Assembly (NCBI GenBank): GCA_003599345.1
Contig: QZJP01000049.1
Coordinates: 1 to 57,611, forward strand
Reading direction: 5' to 3'
DNA from: Bacillota bacterium
Lineage (GTDB): Bacteria; Bacillota; Sulfobacillia; UBA995; UBA9673
Length of the DNA: 57,611 nucleotides
Shown here: positions 28,550 through 39,013 of the stretch, one piece after another
Layout: each line of letters begins with the position of its first letter
Position numbering within the stretch: position 1 is the first letter of the stretch
The notes under the pieces: generated by a model
The model's database searches: none
What the model saw: the letters and a program-made list of their open reading frames with translations, nothing else
Told to the model about the DNA's origin: nothing
Made by a program: the position numbers and the translations under genes

Positions 28550-30427
28550 TTGCCCTTACTCGACATCTGGCACCGCATCCGCTCCATCTTCACCCACCCT
28601 GACCGCGACCTTGAAGCCATGCAGTTCAGCCTGGGTGACCGCGACGGGGGAGGCAAGAGCGGCCAGGGCTCGTCGGGCCCTGGCGAGAGCGACCGGGGTT
28701 CGTCGCCCGCACCCCAGAAGGCGCGGAAACGCCGGGGGACGAGAGGGCGGCCCCCGCGTCAAGGAGCGGCTCCTGTACCCCATGGGCCGGGAGAGGCCAC
28801 CACCGGGGCGGGTGCTCCGCCCAAGCAGCTTGGCGGGACGTGGCCGGGGCAGAGACGACCCCCGGGGCCGAAGGGCAAGCGGGCCGAACCGATTCCCGCC
28901 AAGATCGAGGAGGCGATGCACCGCATCGCCGAGTTGTTCAACGTCCCTACCAGCCAGGACGTCGTAATCAGGAAGTTCGCGATATCATCGCGCCCGCCGG
29001 CCAGGGCCTTCATCGTCTACATCGAGGGCCTGGCCGAAGCGAAGGAGATCCAGCGTCAGGTCCTAGACCCCCTCATGACTCTCGCCAGGACCAGCCACGT
29101 TGGTAAGAAAGGCCTTGATGTGACCGTCCTGAACGAGCTCATAAGCGCTCCGGGGGCCGAGCGTAAGGAAACGATGGAGGAGGTCGTGGCCGGAGTCCTC
29201 CTGGGTGAAACAGCGCTTTTCGTCGGCATCGCACAGACGGCAGCGTTCCTCATCGACGTCAAGAACCCGCCTGGCCGCAACCCGACCGAGCCTGTTCTCG
29301 AGCGGACCCTCCGAGGCCCCCAACTGGGCTTCGTCGAGAGACACCGTGTCAGCACGGCGATGATCAGAGCCTACCTGAGAGACCCCGACCTCATAGTGGA
29401 GGACTTCGTCGTCGGCCGGCGGTCGAGGACCCTCACAAGCATGGTTTACGTCCGGGACATAGCCAACCCCAAGGTCGTGGCCGAGATGCGGAGGCGTCTC
29501 ACGAGCCTCGATGTCGACGTCATAGTCGATGCGGGCGTGCTCGAGGGGCTGCTCCGCGATCACGCCATGTCGCCTATACCTACCGTCCTGGCGACGGAGA
29601 GGCCCGACCGGGCGGCGTTACAGATTTCCCAGGGAGCGGTCGCCCTGCTCGTGGACGGCTCCACGCAGGCGCTCGTTGTTCCCGTGACCTACTCCACTTT
29701 CATCCACTCGGTGGAGGACACCTACCTACACTTCTCCTTCGCCGTCTTCCTCCGGGTGCTGCGCCTGGCAGGTCTGACGGTATCGACCCTTCTGCCGGGC
29801 ATATACATAGCCATCACCAACTTCCATAACGAGATGCTCCCGGCGCCCCTGCTTCTGACCATCTCGGCCGCCCGCGAGGGGCTCCCGCTCCCGCTGGTGT
29901 TCGAGGTCCTGTTCATGGAGTTGTCGTTCGAGTTGATTCGTGAGGCCGGCGTACGGATTCCCAGCCCTCTCGGTCCGACAATCGGCATCGTGGGGGCCCT
30001 GCTCATCGGCGATGCCGCCGTCAGCGCGTCCCTGATCAGCCCCATTATCGTCATCATCACCGCGCTTGGGGCCCTGGCCAACTTTGTCTTGCCGGAACAG
30101 AGCACCGCCTCCGTTGCCCGGGTCGGTCGCTTCGTGTTCGTCGGGTTGGCGAGCTCCTTCGGCCTATACGGGATAGCCCTCGGGCTATTCGCCGCGGGCA
30201 TCCACCTGGCGTCAATCAGGAGCTTCGGCGTCCCGTTCCTCTCGCCTATCGGGGCGTGGCGACCCGGGTCCCTGGACGTCATCCTCCGCGGCCCCATATG
30301 GGACCAGGAGAAAAGACCGGTGTTCCTGCGGCCGCTCGACCTCATCCGCCAGGCACGCTACGCCCGTGGGTGGGACCCTGGTGTCCCGCGTGACGACGAC
30401 GCAAGGGCGGGGGACAGCGGCCAGTGA
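28550..30427 (+). CDS. Spore germination receptor subunit A (GerA/GerKA family)
   Basis: EPVLERTLRGPQLGFVE, TERPDR, ELIREAGVRIPSPLGPTIGIVGALLIGDAAV and SFGVPFLSP motifs. Confidence 0.94.
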   Translation: MPLLDIWHRIRSIFTHPDRDLEAMQFSLGDRDGGGKSGQGSSGPGESDRGSSPAPQKARKRRGTRGRPPRQGAAPVPHGPGEATTGAGAPPKQLGGTWPGQRRPPGPKGKRAEPIPAKIEEAMHRIAELFNVPTSQDVVIRKFAISSRPPARAFIVYIEGLAEAKEIQRQVLDPLMTLARTSHVGKKGLDVTVLNELISAPGAERKETMEEVVAGVLLGETALFVGIAQTAAFLIDVKNPPGRNPTEPVLERTLRGPQLGFVERHRVSTAMIRAYLRDPDLIVEDFVVGRRSRTLTSMVYVRDIANPKVVAEMRRRLTSLDVDVIVDAGVLEGLLRDHAMSPIPTVLATERPDRAALQISQGAVALLVDGSTQALVVPVTYSTFIHSVEDTYLHFSFAVFLRVLRLAGLTVSTLLPGIYIAITNFHNEMLPAPLLLTISAAREGLPLPLVFEVLFMELSFELIREAGVRIPSPLGPTIGIVGALLIGDAAVSASLISPIIVIITALGALANFVLPEQSTASVARVGRFVFVGLASSFGLYGIALGLFAAGIHLASIRSFGVPFLSPIGAWRPGSLDVILRGPIWDQEKRPVFLRPLDLIRQARYARGWDPGVPRDDDARAGDSGQ

Positions 30428-31542
30428 TACGGCAGGGGCACATCGGCCGGTCCCAGGCGATCCTGCTGGTCTGGTACGTTCTTGCCACCAAGGTCTTCTT
30501 GAATGTCCCGTCGTCCTTGCTTTCCGAGGCTTTCAGCGCGGCATGGCTCGTGACACTGGGTGGGGGGGTCGTCGCCTTCCTAGGCCTGGTTCCCGCCGTG
30601 ACGCTTATGAGGAGGTTCGAGGACATGCCCTTGGCTAGAGTTCTCGACGAAGCGGGGGGTCTGGTGCTGGGTAAGATTGCATCCCTCGGGGCTTCGGTGA
30701 CTCTCCTGGCCATTCTGGGGGTGGCACTCAGGGAGTTCGGCGAGTCGGTCACTATAAGTACTCTCTCCCGGACCCCCATGAACATCATTATGGTTACCTT
30801 TGTTGCCCTAGTAGGCTATTCGGCCTACAGCGGCATCGAGAGCAGTGGGCGCCTTACCACGTTCCTGACACCGTTCCTCCTCATCCTTTTCGGGTTAATC
30901 CTCTTCAGCGACATCTCCGACCTCAACCTCAGGCAGATCTTCCCGCTCTTGGGTCCCGGCCCGGGTAGGCTCGCTGTATCGATGCTCACCCGCAGCTCGA
31001 TCTACGCGGAGGTCATGGTTATGCTCATTCTCTACCCGTACTTGCGTGAACGTCGGGACGCCCTGGCCGTCGCCACATGGGCCCTTGCTCTCGGGGTAGC
31101 GGTGCTGACCACGACGGAGGTGATAATAAGCAGCGCCTTTGGTATCGAAGGCAGCGAGCGCCTCCTCTTCCCGTTTCTTCAGTTGGCCAGGCTGAGCACC
31201 CTTGGGCGGTTTGTCACCAGGCTGGATCCATTGTTTGTCTTCCTGTCGTTTTTTGCGGCGGCCCTCTCGTTCAGCACCGTCCTGTGGGCCGCGGTAACCC
31301 ACTTGGCGGAGGCATTGAGGCTCAAAGACCACAGGCCCCTCATCGCCCCCATCAGCGCTGTCGTCGTCGCGGGCGGGCTACTTCCACGCTGCCTGTTGAA
31401 CGTAATCGACATATCGTTCGGGGTCATCTACATGTGGGCCTGGATACCGTTGGTGCTCCTACCGGGCCTGTTCCTGCCCCTTGCGGTCTTGCGCGGAAAG
31501 AAGGGGACGGCCACGGCAGGGCCGGGAGGCGGGCGGCGTTGA
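30424..31542 (+). CDS. Spore germination receptor subunit B (GerB/GerKB, APC superfamily)
   Basis: About 10 TMs with AAW, TP, GIE and FVTRLD motifs; lies between gerA and gerC. Confidence 0.9.
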   Translation: MIRQGHIGRSQAILLVWYVLATKVFLNVPSSLLSEAFSAAWLVTLGGGVVAFLGLVPAVTLMRRFEDMPLARVLDEAGGLVLGKIASLGASVTLLAILGVALREFGESVTISTLSRTPMNIIMVTFVALVGYSAYSGIESSGRLTTFLTPFLLILFGLILFSDISDLNLRQIFPLLGPGPGRLAVSMLTRSSIYAEVMVMLILYPYLRERRDALAVATWALALGVAVLTTTEVIISSAFGIEGSERLLFPFLQLARLSTLGRFVTRLDPLFVFLSFFAAALSFSTVLWAAVTHLAEALRLKDHRPLIAPISAVVVAGGLLPRCLLNVIDISFGVIYMWAWIPLVLLPGLFLPLAVLRGKKGTATAGPGGGRR

Positions 31543-32921
31543 GGAGGGCATCCCGCCCGCTCCCGCGTCTTCGCCGGCTCCGGGCAATCGCCGGCGCCGT
31601 CCTCATCGCGTCAACCTGCGGGTCTATGGCCTTGGGCGTCTCCGGGTGCTATGACCTCACCGAACTGGAGGACTTCGTCTTCGTATCCGCCATAGGGCTG
31701 GACGTCGCGAGTCATCCGGAATGGGTCAAAGTCACGATACTTGTCCCGGTGCCCCGAGCCCAACAGCCCGGCATTGGGCCGATGCGGGGCGGCGGGGGAG
31801 GCGGCGGAGGCGCCTCGTCCGTGATAACCGCCACGGCGGAAGGCCCCAGCGTCTTCGCGGCCACCAGACAGCTAAACGCACAGACAAACCGCGTCATCAC
31901 GTACGGCAACGCCCAGGTGCTCGTCATCGGGGAGGAACTGGCCCGTCGCAGCCTGGCTCCGGTGATCGATGCCCTCGACCGGTCCCGCGAGTTCCGGCAC
32001 AGCCTGCCCATTGCCGTAGCCGACGATACCACGGCAGAAGAGCTTCTCACGCTGGTGCGGCCCGACCTCGAGGCGTCCGTGGGAAGCTACTTGGCGGAAC
32101 TCGTCGAGACTGGCGCGCGCGACTTCAGCCGGACGGTCCTGGCGCGGGTTCACGACCTCCTCGAATGGTACAATGCCCGGGGCCAGGAGATTGTCCTACC
32201 TCTCATCAGGCTCGAGGATAAGTCTGTGCCGCCCGCCCTCCCGAAGGCGGGTGACGGGGGCGGGGGAGGCCAGGACGGAGGCGGTGGTGGTGGCGGGCGG
32301 GCCCAGGGCGGAGGCGGTGGTGGTGGCGGGCAGGCCCAGGGCGGAGGCCAGGGGATGGAATCAATGACCGAGAAGCGCGCCGCCTCGCTCGGGGCCGCCC
32401 TGTTCAGAGACGACAGGATGGTGGCCGAGATGCCCGACGCGCAAGTCATCGCCTGGCAGCTCTTGACCGGGCAATTCGAGAGGGGCGTGATGACCATCCG
32501 GGGACCGGCGACCCTCGGGGCCAACGTGGTGATGATTCTGCCGCGGGGTTCGAGCCGGATATCCGTCAAGCGCCAAGGCGACCACTTCAGCTTCAAGGTG
32601 GACGTCGAGGTGCAGGGGAAAATCACCGAGGTGAGCGGCCCGGCCCAAGTCGTGGAGAAGTCGCACATACCCGTCATCAAGGCCTTCCTGGCCGCGAACA
32701 TCCGGGAGCGGTTGTCCGAGGCCATCAACCTAGCCAAGACCGAGGTCGGCGGAGACATCTTCGACCTCGCCCTGATGGCCCGGCGCACCTTCGCCACATG
32801 GCAGGATTGGGTCTCCTTCGACTGGAACCAGGCTTTCGTCTCGGCCGACTTCTCCCTGAAGGTCGAGATAACGGACCTGCGAACGGTTTTCGTCTTACAG
32901 CCTGTCGTTCCGCGAGACTAG
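31539..32921 (+). CDS. Spore germination receptor subunit C lipoprotein (Ger(x)C)
   Basis: TTG start overlaps the gerB stop. Lipobox VSGC, then YDLTELEDFVFVSAIGLD, VIGEELAR and GAALFRDDRMV. Confidence 0.9.
   Translation: MRRASRPLPRLRRLRAIAGAVLIASTCGSMALGVSGCYDLTELEDFVFVSAIGLDVASHPEWVKVTILVPVPRAQQPGIGPMRGGGGGGGGASSVITATAEGPSVFAATRQLNAQTNRVITYGNAQVLVIGEELARRSLAPVIDALDRSREFRHSLPIAVADDTTAEELLTLVRPDLEASVGSYLAELVETGARDFSRTVLARVHDLLEWYNARGQEIVLPLIRLEDKSVPPALPKAGDGGGGGQDGGGGGGGRAQGGGGGGGGQAQGGGQGMESMTEKRAASLGAALFRDDRMVAEMPDAQVIAWQLLTGQFERGVMTIRGPATLGANVVMILPRGSSRISVKRQGDHFSFKVDVEVQGKITEVSGPAQVVEKSHIPVIKAFLAANIRERLSEAINLAKTEVGGDIFDLALMARRTFATWQDWVSFDWNQAFVSADFSLKVEITDLRTVFVLQPVVPRD
32277..32348. repeat. 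33-bp tandem repeat in gerC encoding a Gly-rich loop
   Basis: GGAGGCGGTGGTGGTGGCGGGCRGGCCCAGGGC x2 plus a partial copy. Confidence 0.85.
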
Positions 32922-32971
32922 ACGCTTGCCCGGCAGGCGGCGGCCCGTCGTGTGCAATTCTCCTTGCAGTC

Positions 32972-33151
32972 CTAAAGACTCGTGAACGCCCAAGCCGGCA
33001 GGGCAAAGGACGCGAGGGCCAGGATGAAGAGAACCACCCCGCCGAACCTGTTGCCGGACCTCCACGTTTCCAGGGCGTAATTCCCGGTGTAGACGGCGAT
33101 TCCAAGAGCGACGATGGCGTAGAGCAAGCTTCTGCGGACCCCCTCCGTCAT
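32972..33151 (-). CDS. Small two-TM membrane protein (59 aa)
   Basis: MTEGVRRSLLYAIVALGIAVYTGNYALETWRSGNRFGGVVLFILA... resembles the small proteins often found beside ger operons (recalled, not verified). Confidence 0.6.
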   Translation of the reverse strand: MTEGVRRSLLYAIVALGIAVYTGNYALETWRSGNRFGGVVLFILALASFALPAWAFTSL

Positions 33152-33213
33152 CGTCTCTAGCCTTGCCTGGAACGGAACACCGCTACTCACAAGGAACGGA
33201 ACCACCGTTACTC

Positions 33214-33257
33214 AAAGGGGGGCGGCGAAAAGGGGCATACCCTCCTCGCCGCCCCCG
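33214..33257 (-). terminator. Hairpin, likely terminator of the penicillin acylase gene
   Basis: Arms GGGGGCGGCGA / TCGCCGCCCCC, followed by a short T run on the minus strand. Confidence 0.55.
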
Positions 33258-33336
33258 GGGCAATCGCCGCCCTTCCACGGGCGGTCGCCTCTTCCACGGG
33301 CAGGCCCAGACGAGCGGCCGTCCGCCTCCAGGACCG

Positions 33337-35931
33337 TTACTGGCCCGGCCTGAGCACTGTCACCTGCACTTCCTCCAGGGCCTCTATCTCCGCCCTGTCG
33401 TAGCGCATGACCTTGTAGCCCCCGGTGAGCCACAGCTCCATTTGGTCGGCGTAGTGGGGGCTGAAGGGTTGGCCGGAGATGCCGACGGCCACGACGTCGT
33501 AGCAGTGGTCAAGATCGGCGAGGTCGGCCACGAAGCGCCACGGGGCGCCGGACTGGACCTCGAAGGACCCGGTCCCGAACCCCTTTGCGCAAGCCGTCGT
33601 CCCGCTTCCGTCAGTCGGGAACGGCCCCAAGTTGAAGAACGGTCGTAGGGCCGCGACGCTGCCCATGGGGTGGTCGAAGGTCACGGTGTGGACCTTGCCC
33701 CACTCCCACGAAGCCGGGTCGCCGCCAAGTTGGTCGGTGAGTTTGGCCACGGTGGACTGGAACGCCCGGAGCAGGACGTCGCTCACCGTCTCGACGGTGC
33801 CGGCCGTGGTCACGTCGTCGAACCACGGGGACTCGCCGGCCAGAAGCATGGCGTCCAGCGTGTTGGACGGCGAGCCCGCCCCCATATACCGGTCGTAGAG
33901 CTCTTCACCGAGCTCATCGAGGAAGGTGGCCCTGATGGCCTCCCGGAACAAGGTATGGAAGATGGTGGGGGCCGGGCTCGAGGCCAAGTCCTCCGGGCTG
34001 GACGCCAGCCACTCCGCGAGGATGTCCCATGCGGCTTTCTCGCGGGTTGAGAGCGAGCCGGCGGACCCGCCTATGGCGGCCGTAAGGACCCCGGCGAGAC
34101 GAGCGGCGTGGAGGTTCTTGTTGTCCATCTGGATGGCCTGCATGTCCTGGGCGGTTAGGCCGGTGCGCCCGTAGAGCTCCTGCCAGATGCTCGCGGCGCG
34201 GTACGGCGGGGCCCACGAGGCCGATATGAAGTACGGGTAGTCATCGGCCGGCACCCTGTGGTTGGCAGTGACGACTATACCGGCGGGCGGGTTGAGGAGG
34301 CTCGGCAGCTCGTCCCACGGGATGTAGGAGACCCACTCGTAAGCGCTGGACCAGCCCGGCACGGGCACGAGCCCGCAGCCGGCCCGGACGTGCGCCTCCG
34401 ACCTCACGGGGATGCGGCCGTTGGACCGGTAGGCGATATTGCCGTCCACGTCGGCGAAGACGAAGTTCTGGGCCGGGCACTCGAACCACTCGAGGGCCGC
34501 CCGGAAGTCGTCCCAGTTCCGGGCTGTATCGAAGCCGAACACCGCTCTGAGCTCACACGTGGGGTCCAGGGCGGTCCAGCGGAGGGAGAGCGGCGGTAGT
34601 GACGGGCCTTCGTCCTCACCGTCTTCTTGGCCTTCGCCGTCCGCCTCGTCTTCACCGGCATCCTTGCGGCTGGGGGCCATGACTTCGGTGATGATGGGGC
34701 CGTGCCTGGTTACCAGGACTTCGAACTCGACCGGCACGTCCTGGCCCTTCACGCGGATTTCCTCCCGGTAGACCGCGGCCGGCTCCCACACGCCGTCGTA
34801 TTCGAACTGGTAGGGGTTATCCGGGTTGGGCCTTTCGATGTAGAGGTCCTGCACGTCGGGTCCCGTGTTGGTGACTCCCCAGGCGACCCTCTCGTTGTGC
34901 CCGACGATGACCCCCGGGCAGCCCGGGAACATGACTCCCGTCACGTTCAGGAGCCCCTCCGCCACCAGGTGGTTCTGGTACCAGATGGACGGTTGCTTGA
35001 TTTCAAGGTGCATGTCGTTGGCGAGGAGAGGTTTCCCGGTCGCCGCGTGCCGGCCGGCGACTACCCAGTTGTTCGACCCCAGGCCCAGGCTGTCCGCCGG
35101 GCCGAGGCCCAAAGACGCCTTCTCGACGACGTCGAGGAGCCTGGCGACGACCTCAGGGGCGGCCGTGAAGCGGCCTGCCGCGTCGCGGGCCGGCGCCTCC
35201 GCGACGGCCCGACCCAAGCCCATAGCCCCACGGAGCCCGGCGGTCTCGTCGAACCCGGTGAACGGCACCACCGACATGATGGGGGCGTCTTCGGGATAGA
35301 CGGGGAACAACTCCGAGGTCTTCTCCAGGCCGAGTTTGTCGACCAGGGCCAGGTTCAGTAGTTCGGTCTTCAGGTTGCCCCCGAGCACCCAGCACATGTA
35401 CTTGCCGATGGCCGCCGAGTCGGTCACGGTCCAGGGGTCGGGCCTATAGCCCAGGATGGTGAACTCGAGGGGAAGCTTGTCCGCTTGGGCGATGAAGGCG
35501 TTGACCCCAGCCGCGTAGGCCTCGCCCATGGTCGCGATGTCCGGCGGGTAGATGGGTATGGAGTCCTCGGCGGCCCGGTAGAACCCGACGGTCCTCAAGA
35601 ACTTGTCCGCCTCGAGGTAGCTCTCGCCGAATATCTCCGACAGCCGTCCCTGGACGGCCCGGCGCGAGAGGTCCATCTCCCACAAGCGGTCCTGGGCGTG
35701 CACGTAGCCCTGGGCGAAGAACGCGTCATTCAGGTTCTTGGCGAAAATGTGGGGCACCCCGTATTCGTCCCGGTAGATGGTCACCTCATCCAGGAGACCG
35801 CCCACGGTGAGACTCGCGCCGTAGGTCGGTAGGCTGGAGCGGGCCACGTACCAGGCCGCCCCCGCGGCACCGACGATAAGGACGACGACGAGGACCAGGA
35901 GGGTCCTGACTACTCGCCACACCTTCCCCAT
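33337..35931 (-). CDS. Penicillin acylase family (Ntn-hydrolase) protein, membrane-anchored
   Basis: RDEYGVPHI, QGYVHAQDRLWEM, GSNNW (autocleavage Ser), LLANDMHL, TRHGP, QNFVFAD and SGQPFSPHYADQ motifs. Confidence 0.94.
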   Translation of the reverse strand: MGKVWRVVRTLLVLVVVLIVGAAGAAWYVARSSLPTYGASLTVGGLLDEVTIYRDEYGVPHIFAKNLNDAFFAQGYVHAQDRLWEMDLSRRAVQGRLSEIFGESYLEADKFLRTVGFYRAAEDSIPIYPPDIATMGEAYAAGVNAFIAQADKLPLEFTILGYRPDPWTVTDSAAIGKYMCWVLGGNLKTELLNLALVDKLGLEKTSELFPVYPEDAPIMSVVPFTGFDETAGLRGAMGLGRAVAEAPARDAAGRFTAAPEVVARLLDVVEKASLGLGPADSLGLGSNNWVVAGRHAATGKPLLANDMHLEIKQPSIWYQNHLVAEGLLNVTGVMFPGCPGVIVGHNERVAWGVTNTGPDVQDLYIERPNPDNPYQFEYDGVWEPAAVYREEIRVKGQDVPVEFEVLVTRHGPIITEVMAPSRKDAGEDEADGEGQEDGEDEGPSLPPLSLRWTALDPTCELRAVFGFDTARNWDDFRAALEWFECPAQNFVFADVDGNIAYRSNGRIPVRSEAHVRAGCGLVPVPGWSSAYEWVSYIPWDELPSLLNPPAGIVVTANHRVPADDYPYFISASWAPPYRAASIWQELYGRTGLTAQDMQAIQMDNKNLHAARLAGVLTAAIGGSAGSLSTREKAAWDILAEWLASSPEDLASSPAPTIFHTLFREAIRATFLDELGEELYDRYMGAGSPSNTLDAMLLAGESPWFDDVTTAGTVETVSDVLLRAFQSTVAKLTDQLGGDPASWEWGKVHTVTFDHPMGSVAALRPFFNLGPFPTDGSGTTACAKGFGTGSFEVQSGAPWRFVADLADLDHCYDVVAVGISGQPFSPHYADQMELWLTGGYKVMRYDRAEIEALEEVQVTVLRPGQ

Positions 35932-36123
35932 TGGCGCACCTCCACTTGTCAGACTAGTTGAACAAATGCCTGTTCGACTAGTCTTAGGACTATCCTGCCG
36001 TCCTGGTCCTAGTGGCCGGCCCGCGGCCGCGGAGGGATGCCTCGTATATCGTCGAATACCCCCGAACCGGCTGTGGCAGGTTCTAGCACCGGCCGGGGCA
36101 GTTCGGTCCGGAAGGAGCCCGAC

Positions 36124-37908
36124 ATGACTCTGGATTTCAAGGCCAACCGGCAGGCCCTCAAGGTGTTCCGGATCTTCAGCTGGACCCTCGCCTCGTTCGC
36201 CCGGCTTCTCACGGCCGTGGGACTGTCGGTCCTGGTTCTCTCTCTTGTCAGCCTCTACAGCTCCCGCGCCGACGTCGCGGTCGAGGACGTGGTTCTCGGG
36301 CCGCGGTCAGAGACCCCGGCCCTCCACTTCAGCGCTTTGCCGCGGGAGCCGCTGGACGGGGGCCCTCCCACGGTTTTCGGTACTGTCGTCGTGGTCCACG
36401 GGTTCTCCGCGACCAAGGAGTTCATGAGAAGCCTCGACTACACGTTGGCCCGCGGCGGTTTCGAGGTCTACGGGGTGGACCTTCCGGGCCTCGGCGACTC
36501 ACGGGTCTCGATGGATTCCGCGAGGCTCGTGCCCTGGTTCTCTGAGCTACTGGCGGACATGACCGCCAAGGGCCTCCTCTCCCCGGGGGACATCTATCTG
36601 GTCGGGCACTCCCTGGGGACACTGGTCGTGACAAAGACGGCCGTTGAAAACCCCGACCTCGGCATCCGCGGGGTGGTGGCGCTATCGCCCATCTTTGCCG
36701 GCATAACCGAGACTCAGCCCGCCAACTACCTCGCCCTCACGGGCCAGGGGGAGTTGCCCGGCGTGAAGGAAGTGGCTTTCGAAGCGCTCAAAGCTGGAAC
36801 CGGTCTCGATGAGCCCTCGCTCGAGACGGTCTACGGAGACCATGAGACCGGGACGGCCAGGGCGGCGGGGCCCGTTCAAGGGGCCAGCCACATCTCCATC
36901 GCCGACTCGAGGGAGGCCGTGGGCGCCACGCTGAGGTGGCTTCAGTCCTCGGCCGGTCAGGCCGGCGTCGGGCTTCCCCGCATACAGACCGAGCGCGCCG
37001 AACGAGGTTTCGGCATGTTTGGGGCTCTCCTGTCCCTGATAGGCCTCTTCTACTACCTCGCGGGCTGGCTGGGCCTGCTCGGTCACGCCCCACGCCGGCC
37101 CGAGGCCCACGCGGTGGTGGAAGACGCCCGTGTCGCCGCCGGGCTGCCGGCGCAGCCCAAGCCCCTGGCCCTAGGCGAGAAGGCTCCTCCCCTGCCGGAA
37201 TCTGTCGAGACGGCGAGGCGGCGCGCAACCGAGTTGTTCGCCGGCACACGTCTCATTCCAATCCTGTTCTTCGCCGCCGCCACCATCTCGGCCGTGGTCC
37301 TCGGGCTGTTCGGAGCGCCAGGCTTCCTCAAGCTCTCGGGGGCCGACTACCTGGCTTCCTACCTCCTCATCTTCGGGGTCATCATGATCCCCGCCCTGGC
37401 TTACACCGGCCGCCTCGTCAAGACGGACGCCCTGGTGGCAACGGGGACGCGCCTCGGCGTCCCGCTCTCCGCAGCGCTCGGGGTCGGCCTGTTCTTCCTG
37501 ACAGTGGCCCTGGTCGGCGGCTGGGTGACCTTCTCCTTCACCAGCGTCCTGCCGCCGTCGTTCCGCTACTGGCTCGTCTTGTCGCTCTCCATGGTTTTCG
37601 CGCCATTCGCCGCGGTCGACGAATTGGCCCGCGCCACGATACACGACCGGACGGGTTTCTGGTGGGGTCTCGTCGTCAGCATCATGGGTAAGATGATCTT
37701 CCTCGTGAGCTGGTACGTCGGTTTCATGCTGCCGCACCCGCCGCAACCGTTCATGGTGGTCGGCCCGATGCTTGTCGCCGTCTTGGTCTTCCTCGACGTC
37801 ATCGCGAGCCTCGCCTACAACGAGCACGGGAGCTGGCTGGCCGGCGCGGTGTTCAAGGCTCTGACCCTGGGTTGGATAGTGGGCACGGTGTTCCCAATCA
37901 TCGTGTGA
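36124..37908 (+). CDS. Alpha/beta hydrolase fused to a multi-TM C-terminal domain
   Basis: VVVHGF, DLPGLG, GHSLG nucleophile and ASH His, then about 8 TMs. ATG follows an AAGGAG RBS. Confidence 0.82.
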   Translation: MTLDFKANRQALKVFRIFSWTLASFARLLTAVGLSVLVLSLVSLYSSRADVAVEDVVLGPRSETPALHFSALPREPLDGGPPTVFGTVVVVHGFSATKEFMRSLDYTLARGGFEVYGVDLPGLGDSRVSMDSARLVPWFSELLADMTAKGLLSPGDIYLVGHSLGTLVVTKTAVENPDLGIRGVVALSPIFAGITETQPANYLALTGQGELPGVKEVAFEALKAGTGLDEPSLETVYGDHETGTARAAGPVQGASHISIADSREAVGATLRWLQSSAGQAGVGLPRIQTERAERGFGMFGALLSLIGLFYYLAGWLGLLGHAPRRPEAHAVVEDARVAAGLPAQPKPLALGEKAPPLPESVETARRRATELFAGTRLIPILFFAAATISAVVLGLFGAPGFLKLSGADYLASYLLIFGVIMIPALAYTGRLVKTDALVATGTRLGVPLSAALGVGLFFLTVALVGGWVTFSFTSVLPPSFRYWLVLSLSMVFAPFAAVDELARATIHDRTGFWWGLVVSIMGKMIFLVSWYVGFMLPHPPQPFMVVGPMLVAVLVFLDVIASLAYNEHGSWLAGAVFKALTLGWIVGTVFPIIV

Positions 37909-38047
37909 GGACCCTTGGCCGAGGTAAGCTCGCCGATGGCTCCGGTGCCGCTATCTGCCTCGGGCCTTCCGGCGGCCGCGCTCCGCCCGGCGGCTCGATT
38001 CGTGATAAGCTTGGCCCGACAACTTCGCCGGAACGGAGGATTGACAC

Positions 38048-38941
38048 TTGTACCCCGTACTTTTCCGCCTGGGACCGGTCAGCGTCTACTCCTTCGGCTT
38101 GCTGCTCGCCCTCGGCTTTCTCCTCGCCGTCGCCGTGGCGTTTTTCAACGCGAAGCGTCATGGGATCGATAAGTGGCTGGTCCTCGACATGGCCTTGTTC
38201 GCCTTCATCGCCGGTCTTGTCGGTTCGCGTCTTCTTTTTGTTCTGTTGAACTGGCAGCTCTATGCTGACGAACCACTCAAGGTCTTCGCCACTTGGGAAG
38301 GCGGCGTCTCTTTCTACGGCGCGATTGCCGGCGGGTTCGTGGTCGTCGTGATCTTCGCCAGGCGCTTCAAGATTCGCGTAGGACGTTTGGCCGACACGGT
38401 CGCCCCGGGGTTGGCCCTGGCCGCGTCCGTGGGGCGCCTGGGCTGCCTGTTGAACGGCTGCTGCTACGGAGTGCCGACGTCGGGGTTCTGGGGCGTCTTC
38501 ACGAGGTTCGCTCCGGGACTGCGCCACCCGACGCAGCTCTACGAGTCGGTCGCCTACCTTCTCGTGTTCGTCTTCCTCCTGTGGTGGCAGAAGCGCCACG
38601 CCCGCGCGCCCGGGCAGGTGTTCCTGGCTTTCGTCGGGGCGTACATAGTCGCCCGGTTCGGGGTCGAGTTCTTCCGCGAGGGCGAGCGGGTCTATCCCTG
38701 GCTCAGTCTTACCCAGGCGGCAAGCATCGTGATATTCCTCGCGACGGTCGTCATCTACATCTACCTCGGCTACCGGGCGCAGGCCCCGGTTGGGCTCGGT
38801 CACGAGCAGCTCTTGCCGGCGCCCGCTGGCGAGCAGGCTCCGCCGGCGCCCGGGGCGCCGCCCACCGGCCCGGCCGACGCGCCGGACGTCGGGGCTCCCG
38901 GCGGCGCGGGTGCGCCAGGAGCGGAATCGGGAGCGGAATGA
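38048..38941 (+). CDS. lgt: Prolipoprotein diacylglyceryl transferase
   Basis: MYPVLF..G, GSRL, GGVSFYG, GRLGCLLNGCCYG, HPTQLYE and RFGVEFFR motifs. Confidence 0.93.
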   Translation: MYPVLFRLGPVSVYSFGLLLALGFLLAVAVAFFNAKRHGIDKWLVLDMALFAFIAGLVGSRLLFVLLNWQLYADEPLKVFATWEGGVSFYGAIAGGFVVVVIFARRFKIRVGRLADTVAPGLALAASVGRLGCLLNGCCYGVPTSGFWGVFTRFAPGLRHPTQLYESVAYLLVFVFLLWWQKRHARAPGQVFLAFVGAYIVARFGVEFFREGERVYPWLSLTQAASIVIFLATVVIYIYLGYRAQAPVGLGHEQLLPAPAGEQAPPAPGAPPTGPADAPDVGAPGGAGAPGAESGAE

Positions 38942-38954
38942 GCGGAATGAGGTA

Positions 38955-38996
38955 AAGAAAGGGCCGGCCAGGGAGTCCCCGGCCGGCCTTCGGTTT
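38955..38996. terminator. Likely bidirectional terminator between convergent genes
   Basis: Stem GGGCCGGCC / GGCCGGCCT with an A-rich 5' flank and a T-rich 3' flank. Confidence 0.6.
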
Positions 38997-39013
38997 CTCC
39001 GAGACCTTGCCGC

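Noticed and set aside
31077-31538. ORF-track N-terminal extension of gerC (614 aa)
   Set aside because: Overlaps gerB out of frame; the signal peptide and lipobox fit a TTG start at 31539.
33169-33216. Possible mini-CRISPR
   Set aside because: Two adjacent imperfect copies with no spacer and no cas genes.
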